DNA of 64,000 bases from Cyanobium sp. FGCU52 (GCA_024958715.1 JANWUS010000044.1:5009-69008), one strand, 5' to 3'; positions 45,566 to 55,926 are shown, counted from the stretch's first letter. Notes: a model not told the origin generated them from the letters alone. Numbers and translations: made by a program.

Positions 45566-47511
45566 AGGTGGAAGTGCCGGCGGAAGAAGGCTTCGGTGGC
45601 TTCGAGCACCTGAATCTGCACCTCCTGGCTGCGGAAGCCGTGGCCTTCGCCCGGGAACAGGTGCAGTTCCACCGCCACCCCCCGCTGCGACAGGGCCAGG
45701 GCCATCCGCTCGGTCTGCTCCGGCGGCACCACCCGGTCCTCCAGGCCCTGGAAGAAGATCACCGGCGCGCTGATCCGCTGCTGATGCTGCAGCGGCGAGC
45801 GCTCGGCGTAGATGGCCGCGGCCTCCGGCCATGGGCCCACCAGGCCGTCGAGGTAGCGGGCCTCGAAGCGGTGGTCGTCGTGACGGGCCAGGGCCGCCGG
45901 ATCCGTCACGGCATAGCGGCAGCCGCCGGCCCGGAACACCTCCGTGAAACAGAGGGCCGCCAGCACGGTGAAGCCGCCGGCGCTGCCGCCCTCGATCGCG
46001 ATCCGCTGCGGATCGGCCCGTCCCGCCGCCACCAGGGCCCGGGCCGCGGCGGCGCAGTCGGCCACGTCCACCACCCCCCAGAGGCCATCGAGCCGTTCCC
46101 GGTAGGCGCGGCCGAACCCGGTGGAGCCGCCGTAGTTCACATCCACCACCCCCCAGCCGCGGCTGGTCCAGAAGGCCACGGCAGGGTTCAGGCCGGTGCG
46201 GGCCATGGCGGTGGGGCCCGAGTGCCCCTTCACCAGCAGCGGGGCGCCGGGATCGGCGCCGCCGGCGGGGGGGTAAAACCAGGCGTGGGTCGGCCGGCCG
46301 CCGTGGCCCTCGAACCACAGGGGCTCGGGCACCGGGATCCGCTCCGCCGCCAGCGGACAGGGGGCCGCCGGCGTATGACGCCAGGCGCCGCCGGCCAGCT
46401 CCAGCTCCAGCAGGCCGGCGGGGGTGGTGGGGGAGGCGGCGATCGCCACCAGGCGCTCGCCATCGGAGTGCAGGGCGGCGAGATCGTCGAAGGGCAGCGG
46501 CACGGGATCCCAGCATCCCTCCGTGATTCGTCCCAGGCTCCACCGCCCTTCCCGGCAGGCGAGGGCCAGCAGCTGCCGCCCGTCCCAGACGCAGGTGCGC
46601 ATGCCGTACACCCACTGGGGCATGGCGAACTCCGCCTCCATCGGCAGCAGCGGCTCCCAGGCCGGCTCCGCCGTGGACGGCAGATCCGCCGCCCCTGCCA
46701 GCCGCTCCAGGTTCCACCAGCCGCTGCGGTCGTTGGCCACCACCAGGTCGTCTCCCGCCCACAGCGGCTGGAACACCGAGATGCCGCGTGCGTCCTCCGG
46801 CCCAGAGCCGGCCACCGGCCGGGGATCCACCAGGGTCCCGTGCGCATCCAGGCCGGCCAGCCACAGCCGGCTGCGGTCCCAGGGCATGAACGGCTGCTGC
46901 CATTCCACCCAGGCCAGGGCGTTCCCCTGGGGGCTCACCACCGCGTAGCCGCAGAAGTCGGCGGGCTCGCGGAGCACCTGCGGCTCCCCGCCCGCCAGCG
47001 GCACGGCCACCAGATGGTCGCGGCCTCCGCTTTCCATCACCCCCAGCCAGCGCCCGCGCCGGCGGTCGATCCGGCCATCGGCGAAGCCGCGGGGGGTCTC
47101 CGGTGGAGCCGGAGGCGTGAGGCGCACCGCCTCCGGCAGGGAAGCCGTGGCGGCGGTGGCTGAGGCGGCGTCGGGGGGAAGGTCGAGGCGCCACAGGCAG
47201 CCGTCGGCCCCGTCCACAACCACCACCGTGTCGCCCTCCACCGCGTAGGCGCCCCCTCCGTATTCATGCACCCGGCTGCGCACATCGCGCGGGGCCGGGG
47301 TGAGCTCGCTCACGGTGCCATCCGTGCCCCGCATCCACAGGGTGGTGCGGCCCTTCTCCTGGGGGCGCTGCTCCAGCCAGAACAGGCGGCCGGCTTCCAG
47401 CAGCGGCTCCTTCAGGGTCGGCGTGCGGCCCACGGCCACCGCCGCGGACACCGCCCTGCCGTGCTCCACACCCACCCTGGCTCCTCCCGCGACTCCTAGA
47501 ATCGCTCCCAT
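45562..47511 (-). CDS. S9 family (prolyl oligopeptidase-like) peptidase
   Basis: RSRVHEYGGG, HSGPT, VNYGGSTGFGR, IEGGSAGGFT nucleophile, QGLEDRVV, EGHGFR; exact start uncertain. Confidence 0.88.
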   Translation of the reverse strand: MGAILGVAGGARVGVEHGRAVSAAVAVGRTPTLKEPLLEAGRLFWLEQRPQEKGRTTLWMRGTDGTVSELTPAPRDVRSRVHEYGGGAYAVEGDTVVVVDGADGCLWRLDLPPDAASATAATASLPEAVRLTPPAPPETPRGFADGRIDRRRGRWLGVMESGGRDHLVAVPLAGGEPQVLREPADFCGYAVVSPQGNALAWVEWQQPFMPWDRSRLWLAGLDAHGTLVDPRPVAGSGPEDARGISVFQPLWAGDDLVVANDRSGWWNLERLAGAADLPSTAEPAWEPLLPMEAEFAMPQWVYGMRTCVWDGRQLLALACREGRWSLGRITEGCWDPVPLPFDDLAALHSDGERLVAIAASPTTPAGLLELELAGGAWRHTPAAPCPLAAERIPVPEPLWFEGHGGRPTHAWFYPPAGGADPGAPLLVKGHSGPTAMARTGLNPAVAFWTSRGWGVVDVNYGGSTGFGRAYRERLDGLWGVVDVADCAAAARALVAAGRADPQRIAIEGGSAGGFTVLAALCFTEVFRAGGCRYAVTDPAALARHDDHRFEARYLDGLVGPWPEAAAIYAERSPLQHQQRISAPVIFFQGLEDRVVPPEQTERMALALSQRGVAVELHLFPGEGHGFRSQEVQIQVLEATEAFFRRHFHL

Positions 47512-47527
47512 CGTTTCAGGTGAGCCC

Positions 47528-48133
47528 TTGGCGCGCAGCTTCGCCCAGATGGCCCGGACGGCCGAGCAGGGCAACCGCACGGTCCAGGTGCCCAAGGAGC
47601 CCCTGGACACCCCCCCGCTTGCCATCCACAAGCTGGGCTCCAAGGAGCTGCGTGCTCCGGCCCGCCGCATCAGCAGGGTCGATGAGGGCATCCGCGACCT
47701 GGCCCGCGACATGCTGCGCAGCATGTACACCGCCCGCGGCATCGGCCTGGCCGCTCCGCAGGTGGGCGTGCACAAGCAGCTGCTGGTGATCGACCTCGAC
47801 CTCGACGAGCCCGCCACGCCGCCGCTGGTGCTGATCAACCCCGAGATCACCGCCAGCGGTGCCTCCTTCAACACCTACGAGGAGGGCTGCCTGAGCATTC
47901 CCGGCGTCTACCTCAACGTGGTGCGCCCGTCGGTGGTGGAGGTGAGCTTCCGCGACGAACAGGGCCGTCCCCGCCGGCTCAAGGCCGATGGCCTGATGGC
48001 CCGCTGCATCCAGCACGAGATGGACCACCTCAATGGCGTGCTGTTCGTGGATCGCGTCACCGACGAGCTCAGCCTGAACGAGGGTCTGCAGCAGCACGGT
48101 TTCGAGCGCTCCGACGTGCGTTCGATCCACTGA
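47528..48133 (+). CDS. def: Peptide deformylase
   Basis: GIGLAAPQVG, EEGCLSIPG, QHEMDHLNG. Confidence 0.95.
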   Translation: MARSFAQMARTAEQGNRTVQVPKEPLDTPPLAIHKLGSKELRAPARRISRVDEGIRDLARDMLRSMYTARGIGLAAPQVGVHKQLLVIDLDLDEPATPPLVLINPEITASGASFNTYEEGCLSIPGVYLNVVRPSVVEVSFRDEQGRPRRLKADGLMARCIQHEMDHLNGVLFVDRVTDELSLNEGLQQHGFERSDVRSIH

Positions 48134-48140
48134 TACCGCC

Positions 48141-48338
48141 ATGCCGATGAAACCTCTGGCGGGTCTGTTCCTCGCCCTGGCCTGCCTGCTCGGCATCGCC
48201 GCCACCGGCTGCGTGTTCGAGCTGGCCTACGGCGATCCCGATCTCGGCGTGGGGCCCACCCGCTGGATCCTGGCCGGCAGTCTCCCCGGCACCGCCATCG
48301 CCCTGCTCACCGCCATCCGCATCAACCGGCCGGCCTGA
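48141..48338 (+). CDS. Small conserved membrane protein
   Basis: Two hydrophobic segments; GCVFELAYGDPDLG; directly follows def. Confidence 0.6.
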   Translation: MPMKPLAGLFLALACLLGIAATGCVFELAYGDPDLGVGPTRWILAGSLPGTAIALLTAIRINRPA

Positions 48339-48402
48339 GGCAGCGGCCGAGCTGAGGCACCGGCTGTCCTGGCACTCCCCACCGGGCTCTCTCCCCGCGG
48401 AG

Positions 48403-49116
48403 GTGCATACGATCGTCGTCCGCGGGCTCCAGCCCGCCATCTCCTCCCTGCTCGCCACCGTGTCGCTCGTCTCCTTCGCCCCGCTCCTGCGCCGTGGCGC
48501 CCGGCTGGCCCTGGCCGCCGGACTGGTGGCCACGATCCCTGCGCCGCCCGCCCCGGCCCAGTCCCTGTTCGGCGCCTCCGAGGTGGATGCTTCCCGCTTC
48601 GTGCTGGTGGCCGCCCCGATCGGCAACGGTGAGCGCTCCCAGCTCAACATCTACGAACAGGTGCGCAGCACTCGCCCCTGCTTCGCCGTGGGCACCGGCA
48701 AGCCCGCCGCGGTGGATCCCCTGCTCGCCAGCTTCGACTTCACCGGCATCTGCAGCCGCTACATCGACGCCAACGGCTTCTCGGTCCGCGTCGCCGGCAG
48801 CGACCTGGGCACCGTGTACCGGCTGATGGTGACCCGGGAAAAGGGCGACATGCTGCTGCTGGCGGTGCCCACCCGCGCCGGTGCCGGCCCCGAGATGGTC
48901 GTGGCCCGCACGGGAGGCCAGGCCAGCGGCTTCCTCAAGCTGGAACTCGAACCCGGCTGGAGGCTGATGCGCCGGAGCTTCCGCGGCCGGGCTCTCGGCC
49001 ACGTCTACCTCTACACCGATGCCTTCCCGGGCACCGCTGCCGCCGCTCCTGCGGCCGCCCCGGCTTCGACTGCTCCTGCTCCAGCGGCCGCCCCCCCGGC
49101 GCCACCCGCTCCCTGA
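48403..49116 (+). CDS. DUF3747 domain protein
   Basis: [16 protein letters not shown]...[25 protein letters not shown]; start uncertain. Confidence 0.8.
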   Translation: MHTIVVRGLQPAISSLLATVSLVSFAPLLRRGARLALAAGLVATIPAPPAPAQSLFGASEVDASRFVLVAAPIGNGERSQLNIYEQVRSTRPCFAVGTGKPAAVDPLLASFDFTGICSRYIDANGFSVRVAGSDLGTVYRLMVTREKGDMLLLAVPTRAGAGPEMVVARTGGQASGFLKLELEPGWRLMRRSFRGRALGHVYLYTDAFPGTAAAAPAAAPASTAPAPAAAPPAPPAP

Positions 49117-49171
49117 GCACCGGCGGGGCACTTGCTATGGTTGCCAACTGCTTGTGCACCACCACCTTTTC

Positions 49172-49342
49172 ATGACCCAGGTGACCGTCGGCGAGAACGA
49201 AGGGATCGAATCCGCCCTGCGGCGCTTCAAGCGCCAGGTGTCGAAGGCAGGGATCTTCGCCGATCTCAAGCGCCTGCGCCACCACGAGACCCCCACCGAG
49301 AAGTACAAGCGCAAGGCTCAGCAGCGCCGCCGCCGTCGCTGA
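49172..49342 (+). CDS. rpsU: 30S ribosomal protein S21
   Basis: [46 protein letters not shown]. Confidence 0.95.
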   Translation: MTQVTVGENEGIESALRRFKRQVSKAGIFADLKRLRHHETPTEKYKRKAQQRRRRR

Positions 49343-49356
49343 TTCCGCTCTCGGAT

Positions 49357-49388
49357 CGGGGGAACCGGTGCTTCTACCTGTTCCCCCG
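49357..49388 (+). terminator. Stem-loop after rpsU (terminator-like, no U-tract)
   Basis: cgggggaac ... gttcccccg 9-bp perfect stem. Confidence 0.35.
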
Positions 49389-49434
49389 GGTCCTGCAGGT
49401 CGGCAGGCTGGAGAAGCCCTTCCCGCAGGTCCCA

Positions 49435-49638
49435 ATGGCTTCGTCTTCCGCCTCGTCGGTGGCCATGGCCGCCGCCGCTCCCCGTTCCCTGCCGGGCACA
49501 GGCTCCGCTCTGCTCCACTGGATGGCGGACACCATCGCGCACGTCTTCGGTGACCCCAGGCACGAGGCGCTCACCCGCCCTCCCGCCGTTGGCGTTCAGC
49601 CCTATCGCGATCGGCCCCGCTCCCGTCGCCGTCGCTGA
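49435..49638 (+). CDS. Small hypothetical protein
   Basis: 67-aa ORF with HVFGDP...PPAVGVQPY; overlaps the comM 3' end convergently. Confidence 0.4.
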   Translation: MASSSASSVAMAAAAPRSLPGTGSALLHWMADTIAHVFGDPRHEALTRPPAVGVQPYRDRPRSRRRR

Positions 49639-51172
49639 GATCGAAGCTGCGGTAGCTGAACGCTTCGGCGATCGCCCCCGCCTCCACCTGGGCGTGGCCT
49701 CCTAGATCGGCGATCGTGCGGGCCACCCGCAGCAGTCGCAGGGCCGCCCGGGCGGTGAGGCCGCGATGGGCCACCCCGGATTCCCACAGCGCGAGGGCCG
49801 CCGGATCCAGATCCAGCACCCTCGGCAGCTGGTCCACCGTCAGATCGGCGTTGGCGACGCCGCCGGGGTTGCGGCGGGCCATCGTTCTGCGGGCTGCCCT
49901 CACCCGTCGGGCCACGGTGCGGCTGTCCTCCGGCGGTGTTGCGTTTTCCGGGTTCCCTTGGCGCACAAGTCCGGCGAGGGCGCCGGCTTCCGTGCGGCGC
50001 ATCACCACCTGCAGGTCGAGCCGATCCAGCAGCGGGCCCGAGAGCCTGGCCCAGTAGCGCCGCCGCACCCCTTCGCCGCAGCGGCACTGGCGGTCGGGTT
50101 CGGTGGACCAGCCGCAGGGGCAGGGATTGGTGGCGGCCACCAGGGTGATGCGGCAGGGGAAGCGGCAGGAGTGACGCGCCCGGCTGAGGCGCACCTCCCC
50201 CTCCTCCAGGGGCTGGCGCAGCTGGTCGAGCACCTCGCGGCGGAACTCCGCCAGCTCATCGAGAAACAGCACGCCCCGGTGGGCCAGGCTCAGCTCGCCG
50301 GGCCGCGGCGGTGAGCCGCCGCCGATCAGGGCGGCCCCCGAGCAGCTGTGGTGCGGACTGCGGAACGGGCGGCGGCGCACCAGGCCTCCCCCTTCCGGCA
50401 GCAGGCCCGCCACCGAGTGGAGGCGGGTGAGCTCCAGGGCCTCCGCCCGGCCCAGCGGCGGCAGCAGCCCCGCCAGTCGGCGCGCCAGCATCGTCTTGCC
50501 GCTGCCCTGGGGGCCCACCAGCAGCAGGTGATGGCCCCCGGCCGCCGCGATCTCGAGCGCCCGCCGGCCATGGAGCTGCCCGTGCAGGTCGGCCAGGTCG
50601 GCTTCGGGCGCCGCTGGTTCGGCCGCGCTCGCCGCCGCTGCCGGCAGCCAGCGGTGCGACGAGGGATCGGCGAGCACCGCCAGCGCTTCGGCCAGCGTGT
50701 CGGCGGGCCACACGGGCAGCCCTCCCACCAGGGCTGCCTCGGCCGCGTTGGCCCGCGCCACCAGCAGCGCCCGGGCCCCCGCAGCCCGGGCGGCCATCGC
50801 CACCGCCAGCATCCCGCGCACCGGCCGCAGCCCACCATCGAGCCCGAGCTCGGCAGCGCTCCATACCCCCTGCAGCCGCTCCGGTGCCAGCTGGCCGCTG
50901 GCCGCCAGCAGGCCGAGGGCGATCGGCAGGTCGAGGCCGGGACCGGCCTTGGGCAGATCGGCCGGAGCCAGGTTCACCACCACCCGCGTCTGCGGCACCC
51001 GCAGGCCGCTGTGACGCAGGGCTCCCCGCACCCGCTCGCGGGCCTCCTGCACCGCCGCGTCGGCCAGCCCCACCAGCTGCAGACCCGGCAGCCCCGGGGC
51101 GATGTCCACCTCCACCGTCACCTCCCGGGCCTCCAGGCCCCGCAGGGCGGCGCCGCTGCACCGTGCCAACAT
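49571..51172 (-). CDS. comM: YifB/ComM family Mg-chelatase-like AAA+ ATPase
   Basis: EVDIAPGLP..VGL.D.AVQEARERV, NLAPADL.K.G...DLPIA, GPQGSGKTMLA, PFRSPHHS, GELSLAHRGVLFLDE. Confidence 0.9.
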   Translation of the reverse strand: MLARCSGAALRGLEAREVTVEVDIAPGLPGLQLVGLADAAVQEARERVRGALRHSGLRVPQTRVVVNLAPADLPKAGPGLDLPIALGLLAASGQLAPERLQGVWSAAELGLDGGLRPVRGMLAVAMAARAAGARALLVARANAAEAALVGGLPVWPADTLAEALAVLADPSSHRWLPAAAASAAEPAAPEADLADLHGQLHGRRALEIAAAGGHHLLLVGPQGSGKTMLARRLAGLLPPLGRAEALELTRLHSVAGLLPEGGGLVRRRPFRSPHHSCSGAALIGGGSPPRPGELSLAHRGVLFLDELAEFRREVLDQLRQPLEEGEVRLSRARHSCRFPCRITLVAATNPCPCGWSTEPDRQCRCGEGVRRRYWARLSGPLLDRLDLQVVMRRTEAGALAGLVRQGNPENATPPEDSRTVARRVRAARRTMARRNPGGVANADLTVDQLPRVLDLDPAALALWESGVAHRGLTARAALRLLRVARTIADLGGHAQVEAGAIAEAFSYRSFDLSDGDGSGADRDRAERQRREGG

Positions 51173-51233
51173 CACGCCAAGGGATCACTGCTCCACCAGT
51201 GCCACCCCCCGCTTCCCCCCTCCCGGCACGCCC

Positions 51234-51593
51234 ATGTCCGGCTCCGCTTCCGGCCCCGTCGACACGATCTTCGGCCGCATCCTGCGCGGCGAGATCCCCT
51301 GCGATGCGGTGTACTCCGACGATCTCTGCCTGGCCTTCCGCGACGTGGCCCCCCAGGCGCCGGTGCACCTGCTGGTGATCCCCCGCGAACCGGTCCCCTC
51401 CCTCGCCGAGGCCGGCCCCGAGCATCAGGCCCTGCTCGGCCACCTGCTGCTGGTGGCCGCCCGCGTCGCCCGCGAACAGGGGCTGGAGGGCTTCCGCACG
51501 GTGATCAACAGCGGCGCGGTGGCCGGCCAGACGGTGTTCCACCTGCACGTGCACGTGCTCGGTGGACGGGCGATGGCCTGGCCGCCGGGCTGA
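51234..51593 (+). CDS. HIT family nucleotide-binding protein
   Basis: DTIFGRILRGEIP, FRDVAPQAPVHLLVIP, FHLHVHVLGGR. Confidence 0.92.
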   Translation: MSGSASGPVDTIFGRILRGEIPCDAVYSDDLCLAFRDVAPQAPVHLLVIPREPVPSLAEAGPEHQALLGHLLLVAARVAREQGLEGFRTVINSGAVAGQTVFHLHVHVLGGRAMAWPPG

Positions 51594-51649
51594 GGGCGAC
51601 AACAGGGCGGGCGGGGCAGCGGCGACAATGCGCTGATCCGCGTCGCTCC

Positions 51650-53683
51650 ATGAATCCCCTCCAGGCCTTCCGGCAGCAGCTCGGCAAGCTGCAGCGCCTG
51701 GCCCAGCCCTATTTCCTCCCGCTCGAGGATGGAAACGGCAGTGCCGGCCCGTTCCTGCTCCTGGTGCTGGCCCTGCTGGCCGTGGTGGTGGGACTCACCC
51801 TGCTGCTGCTCACTGCGGCGGTGGCCGTCAGCGGCGCCCTGATCCCCGAGCTCCAGAGCCGTTTCCTGCCCGGGGTGCCCCAGCAGGTGGCGTCGATCTG
51901 GGCCAGTCCGATCGGCCCGGTGATCATGGTGCTGTTCGCCGCCGGACTGGGCTGCTTCGGCTGGTTCCGCGGCAAGCTGCGCCAGGGCCGCTGGCTGCCC
52001 TGGCTGCTGCTGGGGGTGATCACGCTGTTGATCCTGGTGATCAACGGCATCAACGTGGGCATCAGTTTCATCGCCCGCAACATCGAGAACGCCCTGGTTG
52101 CCTACAAGCAGGAGGAGTTCTGGAAGATCGTTGCCATCTATGCCTTCTGCCTCGTGCTCGCCCTGCCGATCCGGGCGATCCAGAGCTATTTGATTCCCAA
52201 GCTCGGCCTGCTGTGGCGGCAATGGCTGAGCAGTCGCCTGCTGCAGCGCTATCTCACGAACCGCGCCTACTACATCCTCAATCCCAATGACGAATCGGTC
52301 GAGGAGATCGACAACCCCGACCAGCGGATCTCGCAGGACGCCGCCAGCTTCACCGCCACCAGCCTGAGCGTGACGGTGGAGATCCTCTCCGCCCTGCTGA
52401 CGTTCTTCAGTTTCATCATCGTTCTCTGGAGCATCAACGTCACCCTCGCCCTCTGGCTGCTGGCCTACTCGGTGGGCGGCACAGCCGTGATCGTGTTCGC
52501 CAGCCGCAAGCTGGTGAACCTCAACTACCAGCAGCTCAAGCTCGAGGCCGACTTCCGCTACGGCCTCGTTCACATCCGCGACAACGCCGAGTCGATCGCC
52601 TTCTACCGCGGTGAACAGCAGGAGGCGAAGGAGGGCGAGCGGCGGCTGGGAGGGGCAATCCGCAACTACAACCGCCTGATCGTGTGGGAAGCGCTGATCA
52701 GCGTGATCCAGCGCTCCTACGACTACTTCTCCCGCTTCCTCCCCTGGCTGGTGATCGCCCCGATCTACTTCGCCAAGCAGGTGGATTTCGGTGTGTTCGG
52801 CCAGGCCAGCATCGCCTTCTCCCAGGTGCTGTTCTCGGTGAGTTACATCGTCAACAACATCGACCGGCTCGCCGCCTTCTCCGCCTCGATCAGCCGTCTC
52901 GAAGGCTTCCAGGGCAAGGTGGAGGCGATCGGCGGCGAGATGGCCGCCCTCGATGCCGAGGCGCTTGCCGCCGGTCCGCAGCAGGCGGCCGAGCCCCAGC
53001 GCCTGGGGGAGGAGGCTCCCGGCACGGCCTCCATCCGCGTCAGCCACGTGGATCTGGTGCCGCCGCGCAGCCAGCGGGTGCTGATCCGCGATCTCAGCCT
53101 CTCGGTGGGGCCCGGCGAACGGTTGCTGGTGGTCGGCCCTTCCGGCTGCGGCAAAACGTCTTTCCTGCGCCTGGTGAGCGGGCTCTGGCCCCCGGTCCGG
53201 GGCCAGGTGGAGCGCCCGCCCGTGGGTGAACTGATGTTCATCCCCCAGAAGCCCTACATGCTGCTGGGCAGCCTGCGGGAGCAGCTCTGCTATCCCCAGG
53301 CCACCAATCGCTTCAGCGACGACCAGCTGCGGCACGTGCTGGCGGAGGTGCGCCTGCCGGATCTGGTGCAGCGCTACCCCGACCTCGACATCAAGCAGGA
53401 CTGGCCCCGCCTCCTCTCGCTCGGGGAGCAGCAGCGGCTGGCCTTTGCCCGCCTGCTGCTCAACTCCCCCCGGTTCGTGGTGCTCGACGAGGCCACCAGC
53501 GCCCTTGACGTGGCCACCGAACGGGTGCTCTACGAGCTGGTGGCCCAGCGGGACATGGCCCTGGTGAGCGTGGGACACCGGCCCACCCTGGTGGACCACC
53601 ACGACACGGTGCTCGAGCTCGACGGCAGTGGCGGCTGGCGGCTGCTGCCGACGGCCGGCTATGACTTCGGTCGCCATGTCTGA
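51650..53683 (+). CDS. ABC transporter fused permease/ATPase (ABCD/YddA-like)
   Basis: IDNPDQRISQD, EADFRYGLVHIRDNAESIAFY, GPSGCGKTS, LSLGEQQRLAFARLL, VLDEATSALD. Confidence 0.9.
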   Translation: MNPLQAFRQQLGKLQRLAQPYFLPLEDGNGSAGPFLLLVLALLAVVVGLTLLLLTAAVAVSGALIPELQSRFLPGVPQQVASIWASPIGPVIMVLFAAGLGCFGWFRGKLRQGRWLPWLLLGVITLLILVINGINVGISFIARNIENALVAYKQEEFWKIVAIYAFCLVLALPIRAIQSYLIPKLGLLWRQWLSSRLLQRYLTNRAYYILNPNDESVEEIDNPDQRISQDAASFTATSLSVTVEILSALLTFFSFIIVLWSINVTLALWLLAYSVGGTAVIVFASRKLVNLNYQQLKLEADFRYGLVHIRDNAESIAFYRGEQQEAKEGERRLGGAIRNYNRLIVWEALISVIQRSYDYFSRFLPWLVIAPIYFAKQVDFGVFGQASIAFSQVLFSVSYIVNNIDRLAAFSASISRLEGFQGKVEAIGGEMAALDAEALAAGPQQAAEPQRLGEEAPGTASIRVSHVDLVPPRSQRVLIRDLSLSVGPGERLLVVGPSGCGKTSFLRLVSGLWPPVRGQVERPPVGELMFIPQKPYMLLGSLREQLCYPQATNRFSDDQLRHVLAEVRLPDLVQRYPDLDIKQDWPRLLSLGEQQRLAFARLLLNSPRFVVLDEATSALDVATERVLYELVAQRDMALVSVGHRPTLVDHHDTVLELDGSGGWRLLPTAGYDFGRHV

Positions 53684-53867
53684 ACCGATGACCACCGCAG
53701 ACACCCCGGCCACGAGCGCCACCACCCCGGATGTGCCGGCCTTCGGCTGGAGCGCCTATGCCGAGCGGGTGAACGGGCGCTTCGCCATGCTCGGCTTCGT
53801 GGCCGTGCTGCTGATCGAGGCCCTCAGCCGCGACACCTTCCTGCACTGGGCCGGGCTGGTGCCGTGA
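53676..53867 (+). CDS. hli: High-light inducible protein (chlorophyll a/b-binding motif)
   Basis: FGWSAYAERVNGRFAMLGF motif. Confidence 0.92.
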   Translation: MSEPMTTADTPATSATTPDVPAFGWSAYAERVNGRFAMLGFVAVLLIEALSRDTFLHWAGLVP

Positions 53868-53883
53868 GGCCCCTTCAGGCCCC

Positions 53884-54402
53884 TCACGGCACGGTGATCA
53901 GATCCACCTGCCACACCCCGCCCCGGCTCACCTCCACCGCGAACTGGCGGCCGTCGGCCTGGAGGCTCACCCGGCGCGGCACCCCCGCCGGCTGCATCGG
54001 GATCGGCTCCAGCGACTGGAAGGCACGGCGATAGAGCACCAGTTCGGTGCGGCCGTCCAGGCGCCGCACCACCGCCAGCCGGTCTCCGGCCGCGTTGAGC
54101 CCCACGCTCACCGGCTGGGCATCCGGCCGGTTGAGCCCCGGCAGCGGCACCGGCAGGCCCCGTTCCACATCGATCAGCTGCACCTGGTCGCGCCCGCCGC
54201 GCTCGGCGATCAGGGCCAGCCAGCGGCCGGCCAGCACCGGATCCCGGCTCGGCCCCGCCGCTGTCAGCGCCCGGTCGAGGCCGGCCATGGGCCGGGGCAT
54301 GGCGCCGCAGGCGGCCAGCAGCAGGCCCGTGCCCAGGGCGATCAGCAGGGGCACTGCCGGGGGGCGGCGCCAGCGGGGCGGCCTGGTCATCAGGCTGGTC
54401 AT
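53884..54402 (-). CDS. TolB-like lipoprotein (beta-propeller fragment)
   Basis: LLAAC lipobox, DPVLAGRWLA, GRDQVQL.D. Confidence 0.65.
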   Translation of the reverse strand: MTSLMTRPPRWRRPPAVPLLIALGTGLLLAACGAMPRPMAGLDRALTAAGPSRDPVLAGRWLALIAERGGRDQVQLIDVERGLPVPLPGLNRPDAQPVSVGLNAAGDRLAVVRRLDGRTELVLYRRAFQSLEPIPMQPAGVPRRVSLQADGRQFAVEVSRGGVWQVDLITVP

Positions 54403-54947
54403 CAGGGCTGCGGCCCTCCCAACGCCTGGCCCATCGGTGGGTCGGGTTCGATCAGGCCCGCGAGATCGAACAGTTCGATCCGCCGCTGGCCGCTGCGCAC
54501 CCGCTCCACCGCCAGGCGGCGGGCGTCGGGGGCGAGGCTCAGCCGCTCCGGATCCCCCTCCCCCGGCAGGGGCAGGGGAAGCAGGCGCCCGGTGAGCCTG
54601 TCGGCGATCACCGCCGTGGGCCGGTTGCCCCATTGCACCAGCACCGCCAGGTAGCGGCCGTTCCAGCTCAGGGAGGGGGAGCGGTGCGGCTGATGGCGCA
54701 TCAGCGGCCTCAGTGGCACCACCCGACCCGAGGCCTGCTCCTGCAGCAGCACGGTCTCGCGGCCGCCGCGGGGCACGATGCTGGCCAGCCAGCGGCCGTC
54801 GCCGCTGAGGGCCGGATCCTGCCGGTCAGCGGTGCCCAGGCCCAGGGAGGCCGCCGGGCGCCGGCCGTGGCCGATCCAGCCGCAGCTGGCCAGGAGCAGC
54901 AGCAGCCCCAGGCAGGCCGGCGGCGAGAGGCGACGGAAGGGGGTCAG
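54402..54947 (-). CDS. TolB-like lipoprotein, paralogue of the downstream gene; probable CTG start
   Basis: The frame of ORF 54402..54776 extends upstream through QDPALSGDGRWLAS and an LLLLLASC lipobox to CTG 54947, which overlaps the ycf66 stop. Confidence 0.6.
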   Translation of the reverse strand: MTPFRRLSPPACLGLLLLLASCGWIGHGRRPAASLGLGTADRQDPALSGDGRWLASIVPRGGRETVLLQEQASGRVVPLRPLMRHQPHRSPSLSWNGRYLAVLVQWGNRPTAVIADRLTGRLLPLPLPGEGDPERLSLAPDARRLAVERVRSGQRRIELFDLAGLIEPDPPMGQALGGPQP

Positions 54948-55885
54948 TCGTCGAAGCGTGAGCTGTTGTCGCGGGAGGAGGGGCCGGGACCCTCGGGACG
55001 CGGGCGGCTCGGCGGTGAGCTCGACGGCGGGTTCATCGGCGCGAAGTCGGCGTCGCTCACGTTGTTGCGCTCGGAGCGCGGCGTGCCCCGCAGGGGGTCG
55101 CCCTGGGGCACCCCGGGGGTGCCGGCCAGGGGTCCGCCAGCTTCAGCACCCCGGGGGGAAACGCCGCCCGGGCGGCGGCTGGAGCGGGGCATGGCATCGG
55201 CAGCGGCCGTGGGCCGGCTGCCGCGGCGCCCTTCGCTGCCGGCTTCCCGTTCGCGGCGCCGGGCGCCGAACTCGGCGTCACCGCGGTTGCGCGAGGGGGC
55301 GTAGCGGGAGGGATCCCGCGCCGGTGCCGGCGGTTCGCGATCCGGCCCGTCAGGGCGGGAGCCGCGGGGCTCATCCCAATCGGAGGAGGGGGGGCGGCGG
55401 CTGGCGGCCCGCTCCGGGATGGCGGCGCGGCTGGCGCGCCGGGGCCGGTAGAAATCCTCCTCCTCGGCATCGCGGGAGGGGATGCGGCGCCGCAGGGGCT
55501 CGGGTTCGTCGAAGCGCTCGCGACCGCCGTCCCAGTCGCGGTCGCCACCCAGACCCCCGCGGGGGCGGAACGGAGCCGGCTCCTCGTCGTCGAAGTAGGA
55601 GGAGCGGCGGGCCTGCTCGGTGGTGACGCCCCTCAGGCGCACGCTCTCGTAGGCGAAGAAGACCGTGGTGCCGGCGAGCAGGAACTGGCCGAACTGCAGG
55701 ATCGGATCGAGGCGCCAGCCCTGGAAGAAGAGAATGCCGCCGCAGAGCAGGCCAACGGCGGCAAAGAAGACGTCGTAGTCGCGGGCCAGTGCGGGCTTGA
55801 AGCTCCGCATGAAATACAGGAAGGCGCCACCGACGGCCAGCACGATGCCGACGATGCTGGCCCAGTTGAGACTGGCGTTGACCAA
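54944..55885 (-). CDS. ycf66: Ycf66 family protein
   Basis: NASLNWASIVGIVL...LARDYDVFFAAVGLLCGGIL.FQGWRLDPILQFGQFLL, then a low-complexity R/D/P tail. Confidence 0.9.
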   Translation of the reverse strand: MVNASLNWASIVGIVLAVGGAFLYFMRSFKPALARDYDVFFAAVGLLCGGILFFQGWRLDPILQFGQFLLAGTTVFFAYESVRLRGVTTEQARRSSYFDDEEPAPFRPRGGLGGDRDWDGGRERFDEPEPLRRRIPSRDAEEEDFYRPRRASRAAIPERAASRRPPSSDWDEPRGSRPDGPDREPPAPARDPSRYAPSRNRGDAEFGARRREREAGSEGRRGSRPTAAADAMPRSSRRPGGVSPRGAEAGGPLAGTPGVPQGDPLRGTPRSERNNVSDADFAPMNPPSSSPPSRPRPEGPGPSSRDNSSRFDD

Positions 55886-55926
55886 GGCGGTTCTCGGGAG
55901 GGGGCGCTGGATCAGCCGCCGGAGCC

